Below are positions 28,846-41,524 of a stretch of 64,000 bases of DNA, piece by piece. This DNA is from an uncultured delta proteobacterium (lineage in GTDB: Bacteria > Desulfobacterota > RBG-13-43-22): assembly GCA_963843145.1 (NCBI GenBank), contig CAWJJC010000002.1, forward strand, positions 32,001 through 96,000, read 5' to 3'. The first letter of the stretch is position 1. Each line of letters starts with the position of its first letter. Both the position numbers and the translations under genes were made by a program. The notes beneath the pieces are model-generated. The model saw nothing but the letters and a program-made list of their open reading frames with translations, had not been told where the DNA came from and did no database searches.

Positions 28846-28846
28846 T

Positions 28847-29393
28847 CGCGGACCGCTGATGATCGAACACCGCCTGATCGAACAAATGCTCAATGTGATC
28901 CGGCGTACCTTGGAGGGTGTTGAGCAAACGCAGTCGATTGATCCCTACTTTGTGGATACGGCCGTTGACTTTATTCGGGTTTACGCCGATCGTACCCACC
29001 ACGGCAAGGAAGAAGACCTCTTATTCAAAGAACTGCGGAACAAGCACTTGTCCAGCGAAGACGGAAAGGTTATGGATGAACTGATTGAAGACCACGTCTT
29101 CAGCCGCCAAACCACCAAGGCCCTGATAGAGGCCAATCGGGCTTATCGGAGAGGAAACCAGGCGGCCCTGGGTGAGGTGACGGCCTGTCTGAAAACCCTC
29201 GTCGATTTCTATCCCAAGCATATCAGGAAAGAAGACGATAGTGTTCTTCCCCGCTTCCCGGATTTACTTCTCAGACGAGGAAGATCAGGCCATGCTGGCC
29301 ATGTTTTGGGAGTTTGACCGAAAGATGATTCATGAGAAGTACCAGGCGGTGGTCAGGGAGTTTAGGCTAAATGAAAATTTGTTGACAAAATAG
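28847..29393 (+). CDS. hemerythrin (HHE) domain protein; start displaced, frameshift near 29240
   Basis: RGPLMIEHRLIE, YADRTHHGKEEDLLF, IEDH, YPKHIRKED, FDRKMIHEKY. Confidence 0.85.
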
Positions 29394-29397
29394 AGAT

Positions 29398-29554
29398 TGA
29401 TGGTTTCGCAAAAAGTCCCCAGCGCTGTCATTGCGAGGAGTGAAACGACGAAGCAATCCCCAAGAATCAGCTAGTTACCATGGTGGGGATTAGCTTCCCC
29501 GGATCAAGTCCGGGGTCGCAATGACAGGTTTTTGGACTTTTTGCGAGGTTGTCA
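29398..29554. repeat. MITE-like element enclosing a REP double hairpin
   Basis: Outer tgatggtttcgcaaaaagtcc / ggactttttgcgaggttgtca; inner gtcattgcgag..tcgcaatgac. Confidence 0.8.
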
Positions 29555-29579
29555 AGATTGACTGTCAAAATAGATTAAA

Positions 29580-29882
29580 ATGTCATACGAAAAGAAAATG
29601 GAAATAGCTAAAATTGGCAGGCGTGGGCAGCTTACCTTGCCTCGAAAGGTGAGGGGGGCCTTAAGAGTGAAAGAAGGAGACCGGTTGTTTTTCATCAGCC
29701 GGGGGGAGGAAGTTGTCATCAAACCGCTAAGGCAAACGCTTCTTGACCTCCGGGGTACGGTCCCGGTAAAGGGAGAACAAGATTTCGATGAAATCCGAAA
29801 AAAAGTGAGGATGTCCGTAAGCCGGAAAGCTGCCGATAGGGATAAACTGAGGATGCTCGGAAATAATCAAGGCATTCGATAA
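29580..29882 (+). CDS. AbrB/MazE/SpoVT DNA-binding protein
   Basis: AKIGRRGQLTLPRKVRGALRVKEGD. Confidence 0.85.
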   Translation: MSYEKKMEIAKIGRRGQLTLPRKVRGALRVKEGDRLFFISRGEEVVIKPLRQTLLDLRGTVPVKGEQDFDEIRKKVRMSVSRKAADRDKLRMLGNNQGIR

Positions 29883-30928
29883 ACCAGCGCGTTAATATTC
29901 ATCCCGGCTCCCACGGAGGCAAAGACCGCGATTTCTCCGGAACGCAGGATATGGTTGTTCATTTCTCCTTTTTGCAGCAGATCCAGGAGCGTCGGCAAGG
30001 TGGCCACGGAACTGTTGCCCAGCCAGGAAATCGTCATGGGCATAATTTCCAGGGGGCCTTCCTCGATTTGATACAATTTAAATAATCTTTTCAGAATGGC
30101 CTCATCCATCTTCTGGTTGGCCTGATGGATCAGGAGTTTCTTCACTTCCGCTAAGGGAATACCGGCCTTGTCCAGGCATTTTTTTACCGTATCCGCCACG
30201 GTTTTGACCGCGTACTTGTAGACCTCGTGTCCGTGCATCTTCAGGAACTGGCGGTCTCCGCAGGATTCAGGGTGATACGATCGGTCGAACCACAAGAGAT
30301 ACGCTTCCTGGTGGGTATCGGACCGGGAAACATGGGAGAGGATTCCGGCATCTTTTTCGGTTCCCTCCACCAGGGTGGCGCCGGCTCCATCGGAATAAAT
30401 CATGTGGTCGATGTCATGAGGATCGGAAACCCGGGATAAGGTCTCTGTTCCGATAACCAGAACCTTCCGCGCGTCCCCGGAGCGGATATAATAATCGGCC
30501 GCGATCATCCCTTGCAGCCAGCCGGGGCAACCGAAGAGGATATCATAGGCCACGGTAAAAGGATTTTTAATCCCGAGTTTATGTTTCACCCGAGCCGCAA
30601 TGGAGGGAACGATATCGCAACGATGAAGGTCCGCCGTGATTTCCCCAAAGTTATGGGCCACAATAATATAATCCAGGGTTTCCCGGTCCGTACCCTCCAA
30701 AGCCCGTTCGGCCGATTGAAAAGCAATATCGGAAGTATTCAGATCAGCGGACACATAGCGCCGCTCCTGAATCCCGGTTATTTCCTGGAATTTTGCAATG
30801 ATCTCGGCGTTCGGCCGGGCAAGTTTTTTTCCGTCGGCCCCGTAAAAATCATGGTCCAAAAAATAGGCATTGGCAACTTTTTGGGTCGGGATATAGCATC
30901 CGGAGCCGGTAATAATCGAACGGGTCAT
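29867..30928 (-). CDS. fabH: 3-oxoacyl-ACP synthase III family
   Basis: ITGIQERRY, FGCPGW, IHQAN, GNSSVAT, SVGAG. Confidence 0.9.
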   Translation of the reverse strand: MTRSIITGSGCYIPTQKVANAYFLDHDFYGADGKKLARPNAEIIAKFQEITGIQERRYVSADLNTSDIAFQSAERALEGTDRETLDYIIVAHNFGEITADLHRCDIVPSIAARVKHKLGIKNPFTVAYDILFGCPGWLQGMIAADYYIRSGDARKVLVIGTETLSRVSDPHDIDHMIYSDGAGATLVEGTEKDAGILSHVSRSDTHQEAYLLWFDRSYHPESCGDRQFLKMHGHEVYKYAVKTVADTVKKCLDKAGIPLAEVKKLLIHQANQKMDEAILKRLFKLYQIEEGPLEIMPMTISWLGNSSVATLPTLLDLLQKGEMNNHILRSGEIAVFASVGAGMNINALVYRMP

Positions 30929-31309
30929 AATAAAAACCGCCTGTTTCCTTAAAGAGATAATCCGTCTTACTTAAACCTGCCGCCTAATTATTAAGTAAGA
31001 ATTACATCAAGAATTATATCATCAATCGGCAGGAATTTCCATCTTCATTTCAATCTCCTCCCAGGAATCGGACCACAAATCAAACAGCGGGCCGGTTCTA
31101 TATCCCCGGACATCCGGGCCGGCGTCGAGCCAGGCCGTGACCTTGCACATATAATTTGCTGAAAATGCTATCAAAAAACCCTATCCTGGCTGCCGAACCC
31201 TCGATCGGGCCGACCTTTTCCCGGGCAGAAGGTTGAACCCGGCGTCTGATGAAAAGCGCTGTAGACATTTGAGAGGGCCCGTGATAAATTTATAATTTTT
31301 TGTGATCTA

Positions 31310-32218
31310 ATGGCCAAGCAAGTCGCGCAGATTATTCAGGATTATTTGGAACAGGCCACCCTGGAGCGGCGCTATTCGGACCATTCGCTGCGGGCCTACC
31401 GGCATGACCTGAAAGAGTTCCAACATTATTTGGCCGAACAGGGCGTCCAGGATCTGGGGGCCATCAGTGCCATTCTGCTGCGGGGCTTCCTGGGTTCCCT
31501 ATTGAAGAAAAACAGCAAAGCCACCGTGGGCCGGAAGGTGGCGGCCCTGCGGGCCTGCTTTAATTTTGCTCAGCGCAAGGGTTGGATCCAGGAAAACCCG
31601 ACGGTCCTGTTGCGGGCCCCCAAACTGGAGAAACATCTCCCGCCTTTCCTGTCGGAAGGGGAAGCGGATCGTCTCCTCATACCGCCGCTGGACGAAACCT
31701 GGCTGATCAAGCGGGATCAGGCGATTTTTGAATTGTTTTATGCTTCCGGGATGCGCTTGAGCGAATTGGCCGGGTTAAACTGGCCGAATATCGATTTTTC
31801 CATTCGAATGGTTCGAGTCTTGGGCAAGGGAGGGCGGGAACGGATCGTTCCCCTGGGGCGGGTGGCCGTTGAGGCCCTTCAGGGATACCAGCGGGCCGTT
31901 GAAGAGGCCGTCCGGGTCTCGGGTTTGAAGGTGAAGGACGTTCAGATTGTGTTCTTAAACCGTTCCGGTGGCCGGTTGACCGATCGGACCATCGCCCGGC
32001 GATTGAAAAAAAGGGTCCTCCAGGCCGGGCTGTCGCCGACCATCAGTCCCCACGCCCTGCGCCACAGTTTTGCCACCCACCTGCTCAATGCCGGGGCGGA
32101 CCTGCGGGTGGTTCAGGAGTTGCTGGGTCACCGGAGTTTGTCGACCACCCAAAAATATACCCATATCAGCCTGGGTAAATTAATGGAAGTTTATAAGAAG
32201 TCCTTCCCGAGACCTTAA
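31310..32218 (+). CDS. xerC: tyrosine recombinase XerC
   Basis: ELFYASGMRLSE, VLGKGGRER, HALRHSFATH, LLGHRSLSTTQKY; upstream of hslV. Confidence 0.92.
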   Translation: MAKQVAQIIQDYLEQATLERRYSDHSLRAYRHDLKEFQHYLAEQGVQDLGAISAILLRGFLGSLLKKNSKATVGRKVAALRACFNFAQRKGWIQENPTVLLRAPKLEKHLPPFLSEGEADRLLIPPLDETWLIKRDQAIFELFYASGMRLSELAGLNWPNIDFSIRMVRVLGKGGRERIVPLGRVAVEALQGYQRAVEEAVRVSGLKVKDVQIVFLNRSGGRLTDRTIARRLKKRVLQAGLSPTISPHALRHSFATHLLNAGADLRVVQELLGHRSLSTTQKYTHISLGKLMEVYKKSFPRP

Positions 32219-32501
32219 AAACGAAATAGCCAGGGATTAAGGGCCGATTAACCCAATTTTCGTGAATGGGTTTTTCCCCCGTAAGCAGCTAAAAACCGGT
32301 TATCCTTTTGGCCAAAAACCACGGTATTTCACCTATCTCAGCGGTTGAAATTTTTTATTTGGGTAGCAAATCCTCGTTCGATTTTTTTCTGTTTAGGCGG
32401 CCCTTTGGGCCAGGATTATTAAGGTATTAATTTTCATGGACTTTTTTGCCAATATGTAGTAAATATAAAATTTTTTTTTTAATAAGAGAAAGTTAACTAA
32501 A

Positions 32502-33056
32502 ATGGACAATCGATCGGAAGCTGAACAAGTGTTCCACGGAACCACCATTATCGCTTTGCGGCACCAGGGGAAGGTGGTCATTGCCGGGGACGGGCAGGTC
32601 ACCCTGGGTCAGACCGTGATGAAACAACGGGCCAAGAAGCTCCGGCGCATGTACCAGGACCAGATCATCGCCGGGTTTGCCGGGGCCACGGCCGATGCCT
32701 TGACCTTGTTTGAGAAGCTGGAGGCCAAACTGGAACAGTACAACGGCAACCTGACCCGGGCGGCGGTGGAGATGGCCAAGGACTGGCGGACCGATAAGAT
32801 CCTGCGCCGTCTGGAGGCCCTGCTGGTGGCGGCCGATCAGGAGCATATTTTGATCCTTTCCGGGAACGGGGACGTCATGGAGCCGGATGACGGGATAACG
32901 GCCATCGGCTCGGGAGGCCCCTATGCCTTGGCCGCGGCCAGGGCCCTGGTGCAGTATTCCTCCCTGACCACGAAAGAGATAGCCCAGGAGGCCATGAAGA
33001 TCGCGGCCGGCCTGTGCATCTACACCAACGACCAGATCATGATGGAGGAACTCTAA
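32502..33056 (+). CDS. hslV: ATP-dependent protease peptidase subunit
   Basis: [26 protein letters not shown]. Confidence 0.97.
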   Translation: MDNRSEAEQVFHGTTIIALRHQGKVVIAGDGQVTLGQTVMKQRAKKLRRMYQDQIIAGFAGATADALTLFEKLEAKLEQYNGNLTRAAVEMAKDWRTDKILRRLEALLVAADQEHILILSGNGDVMEPDDGITAIGSGGPYALAAARALVQYSSLTTKEIAQEAMKIAAGLCIYTNDQIMMEEL

Positions 33057-34436
33057 GTGGTTCGGGAATACCTGACGCCTCGGGAAATTGTCTCTGAGCT
33101 GGATAAATATATCATCGGGCAGAATGAAGCCAAGCGGACCGTGGCTATTGCCCTGCGTAATCGCTGGCGAAGGCAGCAGGTCCCGGCCGAACTCCGGGAC
33201 GAAATCGCCCCCAAAAATATCATCATGATCGGTCCCACCGGGGTGGGCAAGACCGAGATCGCCCGCCGGTTGGCCCGGCTGGCGGAATCCCCTTTTTTAA
33301 AGGTGGAGGTGACCAAGTTCACCGAGGTGGGCTATGTGGGCCGGGACGTGGAATCCATGATCCGCGATCTGATCGAGCTGGCCATCAACCTGGTGAAGTC
33401 CACGGAAAAAAAGGAGGTTTTAGCCAAGGCCGAGGAAGTGGCGGAAGAACGGCTGCTCGACCTTTTGCTGCCGCCCAAATCAGTCGCCGCCAAGGACGAC
33501 CACGGGGAAAATCTGAGCAGCGCCGCCCTGCCCCCGGAAAAAACGATCGGCGAGACGTCCGCCACCAGGGAAAAGCTGCGCGTCCTGTTTCGGGACGGCA
33601 AATTGGCGGAACGCTTTGTGGACCTGGAAGTAACCCACCGGGCTATCCCGTCCATCGAGATTTTTTCCAACGCCGGGCTGGAAGAAATGGACCTGAACCT
33701 GAAGGATATGTTCGGGAATCTCTTTCCGAAGAAGACCAAACAACGCAAAATGAAGGTCCCCGAGGCCTTTCAGATCCTGGTGCAGGAGGAGTCCCAGCGG
33801 TTGATCGACATGGACAAAGTGACCGAGGAGGCTGTCCGCAAAGTGGAACAAACCGGGATTATTTTTCTGGATGAGATCGACAAAATTGCCGCCCGGGGTT
33901 CCGGCCACGGACCGGATGTCTCCCGGGAAGGGGTGCAGCGGGACCTGCTGCCCATTGTCGAAGGTTCCACGGTGACTACCAAATACGGGCTGATCCGGAC
34001 CGATCACATCCTCTTCATCGCCTCGGGGGCTTTTCACAACGCCAAACCTTCGGACCTGATTCCCGAGCTGCAGGGGCGGTTTCCGATTCGAGTGGAACTG
34101 GATACCTTATCGGAAGAGGATTTTTTCCGTATTCTGACCGAACCCCAGTCGGCCCTGACCACGCAATATAAGGAATTGATGAAAACCGAAGGGATCGACC
34201 TGGTTTTTACCCGGGAAGCGGTCGCCGAAATCGCCCGGACGGCTTTTTCGGTCAACCAGCGTACGGAAAACATCGGGGCCCGGCGTCTGCATACGGTGAT
34301 CGAAAAATTACTCCACGACCTTTCCTTCGAGGCGCCGGACATGGAAGCCCGGGAATTCGTGGTGACCGATGAGTACGTGCGGGGCAAATTGTCCGCTATC
34401 GAAAAAGATGAGGATTTCAGCCGGTACATCCTATAA
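33057..34436 (+). CDS. hslU: ATP-dependent protease ATPase subunit
   Basis: [30 protein letters not shown]. Confidence 0.97.
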   Translation: MVREYLTPREIVSELDKYIIGQNEAKRTVAIALRNRWRRQQVPAELRDEIAPKNIIMIGPTGVGKTEIARRLARLAESPFLKVEVTKFTEVGYVGRDVESMIRDLIELAINLVKSTEKKEVLAKAEEVAEERLLDLLLPPKSVAAKDDHGENLSSAALPPEKTIGETSATREKLRVLFRDGKLAERFVDLEVTHRAIPSIEIFSNAGLEEMDLNLKDMFGNLFPKKTKQRKMKVPEAFQILVQEESQRLIDMDKVTEEAVRKVEQTGIIFLDEIDKIAARGSGHGPDVSREGVQRDLLPIVEGSTVTTKYGLIRTDHILFIASGAFHNAKPSDLIPELQGRFPIRVELDTLSEEDFFRILTEPQSALTTQYKELMKTEGIDLVFTREAVAEIARTAFSVNQRTENIGARRLHTVIEKLLHDLSFEAPDMEAREFVVTDEYVRGKLSAIEKDEDFSRYIL

Positions 34437-34487
34437 ATGTTGCACGTTGCAGGTGGAAATGACCGATTTTTAGCTTTTGTTTTTGCC

Positions 34488-34567
34488 GTCATCCCGGACT
34501 CGATCCGGGATCCAGGTGACCCAAGACCCTCCCTGTCCTGGATTCCGGCGTTCGCCGGAATGACGAC
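34488..34567. repeat. REP-like double hairpin
   Basis: gtcatcccggactcgatccgggatccagg...cctggattccggcgttcgccggaatgacgac. Confidence 0.85.
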
Positions 34568-34644
34568 CTGACAATATGAATAAATACAGATTTGCAGGTC
34601 TTTTGGTACCGAAGCAGGTCCGGCAAGGTACTCCGAAGACCTAA

Positions 34645-35660
<1,016 letters not shown>

Positions 35661-35686
35661 ATAAATAGTATTTATTTGGATAAATT

Positions 35687-36896
35687 ATGAATCCCAAAAC
35701 CAACGAGAATTCATTGTCCACACGGGCCGCACGGGTCCTGATGAGCACCTATGCTCAGACGCCTATCGCTCTGATTCGGGGGGAGGGCTGCCGGGTCTGG
35801 GATCAGGAGGGTCGGAGTTACCTGGATTTTTTGGGCGGCATCGCGGTGACGGCCCTGGGGCACAGCCACCCGCGGGTCGTCCAGGCCATCAGGGACCAGG
35901 CCGGCAAGATCCTCCATACTTCGAACCTGTATCTTATCGAGCCGCAAATCGCCCTGGCCGAGCAATTGATCGGACCATTCCTTTGCCCAAAAGGTTTTTT
36001 TCTGCAACAGCGGCACCGAGGCCAATGAAGCGGCCATCAAGCTGGTCCGGCGGTATGCCGCGGAGGTTTTTGGTCCGGGTAAAAAGACCATCCTCTGTAT
36101 GGATAACAGCTTTCACGGTCGGACCATGGCCTCCCTTTCGGCTACCGGTCAACGCAAGTTTCAGCAGGGATTTGAACCGTTGCTGCCCGGCTTTGTCTTT
36201 GCCCCTTTTGACGATCTAGCGGCCCTGGATCGGATCTGGGACGATTCCATCTGCGCCGTTTTGCTGGAGCCTATTCAAGGGGAAGGGGGAATTCGGGTCC
36301 CGGGATCCGATTTTTTGAAAGGAGTCCGGGAACGGTGTTGGGAGCGGAAAGCGCTGCTGATTCTGGACGAGGTGCAAACCGGCCTGGGCCGCACCGGGAC
36401 CCTCTTTGCTCACGAGCAGTTCGGGTTCGAGCCCGACCTGATGACTTTAGCCAAGGCCTTGGGCAACGGACTGCCCATCGGGGCCCTGCTGGCCACCGAC
36501 GAGGTGGCCCGGGCCTTTGTACCGGGGACCCACGCGGCCACCTTCGGCGGGAATCATCTGGTGACGGCGGCGGCCCAAGCCGTGCTGGCCGTCCTTTTGG
36601 AACCGGGATTCCTGGAGCGGGTCAGAAGGGTAGGGGGGTATTTTCAGGAGAGGTTGCAGTCGCTGGCTGGCGAATATTCCCGGGTAATAGAAGCCCGGGG
36701 ACGGGGGCTGCTCCTGGGTCTGGTTCTGGATTCACCGGGAAAACCCGTGGTGGAGGCCTGCCGGGAAAAGGGTTTTCTGATCAACTGCACCCAGGAAACG
36801 ATCCTGCGCTTTGCCCCCCCCTTGATCGTTACTCCCGCGGAAATCGATCAACTCATCGACGTCCTGCGAGGTATTTTTAAGGAGTTGGGTTTTTAA
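35687..36896 (+). CDS. argD: acetylornithine aminotransferase (frameshift near 35970)
   Basis: YLDFLGGIAV, FFCNSGTEANE, FHGRT, DEVQTG, AKALGNG. Confidence 0.93.
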
Positions 36897-37810
36897 TGAA
36901 ACGTGATTTCTTGCGATTGTTGGATCTTAAGGCCGGGGAAATCGAGGCGGTCTGGAACAGGGCCCGGGAGTATAAGCTGGGCCGGGTCCCAGAGGAGCCC
37001 CTCAAAGGGAAAATAGTGGGGTTGCTTTTCGAGAAACCCTCTACCCGGACCCGGGTTTCTTTTGAGGTAGCCGTGCTGCGGACCGGCGGTCAGGCCTTAT
37101 TCATTAGCTCCCGGGACACACAGTTGGCCCGCAACGAGCCGCTTAAGGATATGGCCCGGGTGCTTTCCCGCTATTTGGACTGCCTGGTGGTGCGGACCTA
37201 TTCCCAACAGACCTTGGAGGAATTGGCCCGCTATACCGATATCCCGGTGGTCAACGCCCTGAGCGACCGTTACCATCCCGCTCAAATTCTGAGCGACCTC
37301 TTCACGGTCTGGGAGCGGATCTCGGCCCTGGAGGAGGTAAAAATTGCCTGGGTAGGCGATGGGAATAATGTGGCCCATTCCTGGATGGAGGCGGCTTGCC
37401 GTTTTCCTTTTCACCTGGCCATGGCCTGTCCCCAGGGGTTTGAGCCGAAAGAGGAGGTCTGGAAGGCCTTGAAAGCCGAAGGCTGCACCCCCCGGATTTC
37501 CCTGAGCTACGATCCCCGGGAGGCCGTTCGGGAGGCCCAGGTCATCAATACCGATGTCTGGGCCAGTATGGGTCAGGAAGACCAGGCCGCCGAGCGGATT
37601 AAATTTTTCAAGTCCTTTCAGGTGAACGGGGAACTGCTTTCCCTGGCCCGGCCGGATTGCCTGGTGCTCCATTGCCTGCCGGCCCATCGCGGGGAGGAGA
37701 TCACCGAGGAGGTCCTGGAGGGGCGAAATTCGGCCGTTTTCGAACAGGCGGAAAACAAGCTTCATGTGCATAAAGCCTTACTGGAGTTTCTATTGAGAGG
37801 GGAATGGTAA
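36896..37810 (+). CDS. argF: ornithine carbamoyltransferase
   Basis: FEKPSTRTR, HPAQ, DVWASMG, HCLPAHRG. Confidence 0.97.
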   Translation: MKRDFLRLLDLKAGEIEAVWNRAREYKLGRVPEEPLKGKIVGLLFEKPSTRTRVSFEVAVLRTGGQALFISSRDTQLARNEPLKDMARVLSRYLDCLVVRTYSQQTLEELARYTDIPVVNALSDRYHPAQILSDLFTVWERISALEEVKIAWVGDGNNVAHSWMEAACRFPFHLAMACPQGFEPKEEVWKALKAEGCTPRISLSYDPREAVREAQVINTDVWASMGQEDQAAERIKFFKSFQVNGELLSLARPDCLVLHCLPAHRGEEITEEVLEGRNSAVFEQAENKLHVHKALLEFLLRGEW

Positions 37811-39004
37811 ATGAAAATCGTTCTGGCCTATTCGGGGGGATTGGACACCTCGGTAATTTTAAAATGGCTTAAGGAAACCTACGAGGCTGAGGTGATCGCC
37901 TTCTCGGCCGATCTCGGGCAGGAGGAAGACTGGGAGTCCGTGAGAGACAAGGCCCTCCGAACCGGGGCCTCCAAGGTTTTTATCCAGGACCTGAAAGAGG
38001 AATTTGCGGAGGACTATGTCTTTCCGGCCTTTCGGGCCAATGCCGCCTATGAGCAGGCCTATTTGCTGGGGACCTCCCTGGCCCGCCCGATTATTGCCAA
38101 ACACCAGGTCCTGGTGGCCGAGGCCGAAGGGGCCGAAGCCGTGAGCCATGGGGCCACCGGCAAGGGCAACGACCAGGTCCGTTTCGAACTGACCTATATG
38201 GCCCTCAACCCGGCCTTAAAAATAATCGCTCCCTGGCGGGAATGGAACCTGAATTCCCGGACGGCCCTGATTGAATACGCCCGGGAAAAAGAGATTCCCA
38301 TACCGATTACGCCCGCCAGGCCCTATAGTTCCGACGCCAACCTGCTGCACATCAGCTACGAGGGCGGGATATTGGAAGACCCCTGGAGCGAACCTCCGGA
38401 GGATATGTTTCAACTGACCCAATCACCGGAAAAGGCCCCCGACCAGCCGGAGTACGTGGAGATCGCTTTCGAGGGGGGCAACCCGGCGGCGGTCAACGGG
38501 AAACCGCTCTCTCCGGCCCGTCTCCTGACCCGACTCAACCAGATCGGCGGGAAACACGGGATCGGCCGGGTGGACCTGGTCGAAAACCGCTACGTGGGCA
38601 TGAAGTGCCGGGGGGTCTATGAAACGCCGGGGGGGACCCTGATCCGGACCGCCCACCAGGCCCTGGAATCCCTGACCCTGGACCGGGAGGTGATGCACCT
38701 GCGCGATTCCCTGATCCCCCGCTACTCGGAAATGATTTACTACGGCTACTGGTTTTCGCCGGAGCGGGAACTGTTGCAGCGCCTGATCGACGAATCCCAG
38801 AAACGGGTATCCGGTTTGGTCCGGTTGAAGCTCTATAAAGGCAATGCCTTGGTGGTGGGAAGGAAATCCGCCTTCTCCCTTTACCGGGAGGATTTCGCCA
38901 CCTTCGAGGCCGATCAGGTTTACCGGCAGAAAGACGCTGAGGGTTTTATCCGCTTGAACGGCCTGCGGCTCAGAATACAATCTCTGGTCGGTCGGGATCA
39001 ATGA
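37811..39004 (+). CDS. argG: argininosuccinate synthase
   Basis: [29 protein letters not shown]. Confidence 0.98.
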   Translation: MKIVLAYSGGLDTSVILKWLKETYEAEVIAFSADLGQEEDWESVRDKALRTGASKVFIQDLKEEFAEDYVFPAFRANAAYEQAYLLGTSLARPIIAKHQVLVAEAEGAEAVSHGATGKGNDQVRFELTYMALNPALKIIAPWREWNLNSRTALIEYAREKEIPIPITPARPYSSDANLLHISYEGGILEDPWSEPPEDMFQLTQSPEKAPDQPEYVEIAFEGGNPAAVNGKPLSPARLLTRLNQIGGKHGIGRVDLVENRYVGMKCRGVYETPGGTLIRTAHQALESLTLDREVMHLRDSLIPRYSEMIYYGYWFSPERELLQRLIDESQKRVSGLVRLKLYKGNALVVGRKSAFSLYREDFATFEADQVYRQKDAEGFIRLNGLRLRIQSLVGRDQ

Positions 39005-40422
39005 AGAAAAAGCGGGATCGAGATAACAGCCCGGAAAAGCTGTGGGCCGGCCGGTTTTCTCAAGCCGTCGATCCCTTGGTGGAGTCTTTTACGGCCTCGA
39101 TTCCTTATGATATTCGCCTGCTGCCCTACGATATTGCCGGCAGCCTGGCCCACGTCAAGATGCTGGCCCGGCAAGGTATCCTCGCGAAAAAAAATAGCCT
39201 TCTGATCCAGAAGGGGCTTCTGGAGATTCTGGAGGAGTGGTCCCGGGGAGGGTTGACCTTCACCCTGGCCGATGAAGACGTCCACATGTTCGTAGAAAAA
39301 CAACTGACCGCCTTGATCGGGCCGGTGGGGGGGCAATTGCATACCGGTCGGAGCCGTAACGACCAGGTGGCCCTGGATCTGCGGCTGTTCCTGCGGGACC
39401 AGATCAACACCCTCCGGCAGGAGATGAAGACCCTCCAGCAAAATATCCTGGCCGCCGCCCGAAAGCATGAAGGCCTGGTCCTGCCGGGCTACACCCATCT
39501 CCAACGGGCCCAACCGGTATTGCTGGCCCATCACCTGCTGGCCTACCTGGAAATGTTCTGCCGGGACCAGGAAAGGTTAGGGGAGATCTGGAACCGGGTG
39601 AATGTGCTTCCTTTGGGCAGCGCCGCCCTGGCCGGGACGACCTTTCCCATTGACCGACTCTGGGTAGCCCGGGAACTGGGATTCCGGACGATCTCCGCCA
39701 ACAGTATGGACGCCGTCAGCGACCGGGATTTTGTCCTGGAATTCCTCTCGGCCGGGGCCATCCTGATGATGCATTTTTCCCGGCTGGCGGAAGAATTGGT
39801 CCTCTGGTCCGGGTCCGAATTTAATTTCGTGGCCATCGAGGACGCCTTTTGTACCGGCAGCAGCATCATGCCCCAGAAGAAGAACCCCGATGTGGCCGAA
39901 TTGATCCGGGGGAAGACCGGGCGGGTCTACGGAAATTTAATGGCCGCGCTGACCTTGATGAAGGGTCTTCCCCTGACCTATAACCGGGACCTCCAGGAGG
40001 ACAAGGAGCCGGTCTTTGATACCCTGGATACCCTCTTGCCCTCCACCCGATTGCTGGCCCGCATGTTTCCCCGGATTGTTTTTAAGGGGCAGGTGATGAA
40101 AAAGGCCACCGCTCAGGGATACCTCCTGGCCACCGACCTGGCGGATTACCTGGTTGGAAAAGGCCTTGATTTCCGCAACGCCCATCGGGTAGTTGGTGAA
40201 ATCGTGGCCCAGGCGCTCAAAGAGGAAAAAGAACTGCCGCAGCTCCCTTTAGACCTTTTGCAGCAATATAGCCCGGTTTTCGATGAGGATGTTTACCAGT
40301 GGTTGGACCTGGAAACGGCCCTGGCCCGCCGAAACACACCGGGAGGAACGGCTCCCGGCCAGGTGCATAAGGCCCTAAAAAACATGGAGAAGAAGCTATG
40401 CCGACCCGATTACCCCTTTTAA
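39001..40422 (+). CDS. argH: argininosuccinate lyase
   Basis: [26 protein letters not shown]. Confidence 0.98.
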   Translation: MKKKRDRDNSPEKLWAGRFSQAVDPLVESFTASIPYDIRLLPYDIAGSLAHVKMLARQGILAKKNSLLIQKGLLEILEEWSRGGLTFTLADEDVHMFVEKQLTALIGPVGGQLHTGRSRNDQVALDLRLFLRDQINTLRQEMKTLQQNILAAARKHEGLVLPGYTHLQRAQPVLLAHHLLAYLEMFCRDQERLGEIWNRVNVLPLGSAALAGTTFPIDRLWVARELGFRTISANSMDAVSDRDFVLEFLSAGAILMMHFSRLAEELVLWSGSEFNFVAIEDAFCTGSSIMPQKKNPDVAELIRGKTGRVYGNLMAALTLMKGLPLTYNRDLQEDKEPVFDTLDTLLPSTRLLARMFPRIVFKGQVMKKATAQGYLLATDLADYLVGKGLDFRNAHRVVGEIVAQALKEEKELPQLPLDLLQQYSPVFDEDVYQWLDLETALARRNTPGGTAPGQVHKALKNMEKKLCRPDYPF

Positions 40423-41483
40423 GACCTATCCTGCTGATCATGGGATTAACCCTGGCGGTACTCGTCCTGGGATCCTGCGGGAAAAAAGCCAACCCCGTGG
40501 TCCCGGTAAAATATGTTCCCAAGGGGATCGAAGGCCTGAGCTATGCGATCCAAGGGCAGTCGTTAATTGTTTCCTGGTCCGTACCTAAGCTCAATACGGA
40601 CGAAAGTCCCTTGGTCGATTTAAAGGGTTTCACCTTGCGGAGAGGGGAGTTTCCGGCCAAGGACTATTGTCTCACTTGCCCGGATGTTTTCCAAAAGAGT
40701 CTCTGGATCGATCTTAAGGGGCCCGAATCGCCGGGTATTCAAGTGGCTTCCGATCGTGTGGAAATTACCTATCAAGGGCTGGAACCCGGCCGGGTTTACC
40801 TCTACCAGGTGGCGGCCGTCAATACCCAAGGGGTTTCCAGCGAACCGTCCTCTACCCTGAAGGTGGTCTGGGAGACCCCGCTGTCGCCACCCCGGTTGAC
40901 CGACCTGAAACTGAAGAACGAAGGGGTCGAAGTCCTCTGGGACGCCCCCCAAACCTTGGTCGACGGCCGACCGGCCGAGGGAGTGGCCGGTTATTTGGTT
41001 TACCGGCAATCCGCCCCCGGGCCCTGGGAAAAGCTGACTCCCCAACCGGTAAAAGACCGGATTTTCGTCGACACCCGGGTCAAAGAAGGGGCTACGTATC
41101 GGTACCAGCTCAAAGCGGTTCGAGAGGCCCAGGGCGCTTTCTTGGAAAGCCCGGTGTCCGAAGAAAAGTCGATCGAGTTTCTCCGGGTGACCCCTCCTCC
41201 GGCAGTCCAAGAGCTGGTGGCGGTTTCCAGGCCGAAAGGGGTGCAATTGCGCTGGCAGGGGTTGGATAGCCAATTGGTCCAGGGCTATTACCTCTACCGA
41301 AGAACAGCCCAGGAAAAGACGCCTCGGCGAATTACCCCCCAGGTCGTCTCGGATACCATTTTTGAAGATGCCCAAGTTCAGCCAGGGGTTCCTTATTTTT
41401 ATTCCATCAGCGCCGTGGGAGCGGCACCCCATGCCGTCGAAGGGCCTCGTTCTCAGGAAGTTGAAATCCAATTCGTACCCTAG
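40398..41483 (+). CDS. fibronectin type III-repeat lipoprotein
   Basis: LGSCGKK lipobox, CLTCP, three FnIII-like W..Y.Y.V.AV repeats. Confidence 0.8.
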   Translation: MPTRLPLLRPILLIMGLTLAVLVLGSCGKKANPVVPVKYVPKGIEGLSYAIQGQSLIVSWSVPKLNTDESPLVDLKGFTLRRGEFPAKDYCLTCPDVFQKSLWIDLKGPESPGIQVASDRVEITYQGLEPGRVYLYQVAAVNTQGVSSEPSSTLKVVWETPLSPPRLTDLKLKNEGVEVLWDAPQTLVDGRPAEGVAGYLVYRQSAPGPWEKLTPQPVKDRIFVDTRVKEGATYRYQLKAVREAQGAFLESPVSEEKSIEFLRVTPPPAVQELVAVSRPKGVQLRWQGLDSQLVQGYYLYRRTAQEKTPRRITPQVVSDTIFEDAQVQPGVPYFYSISAVGAAPHAVEGPRSQEVEIQFVP

Positions 41484-41524
41484 AAACAAATTCCCAGACC
41501 GGATAAAGAAGGAAGCGGATAAGC

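Noticed and set aside
28673-28846. N-terminal extension of the hemerythrin ORF
   Set aside because: This stretch is the A-depleted tail of the second intron RT, not hemerythrin.
31310-32218. Integron or phage integrase responsible for the island
   Set aside because: Size, motifs and xerC-hslVU-argB context indicate housekeeping XerC; no IntI-specific insertion seen.
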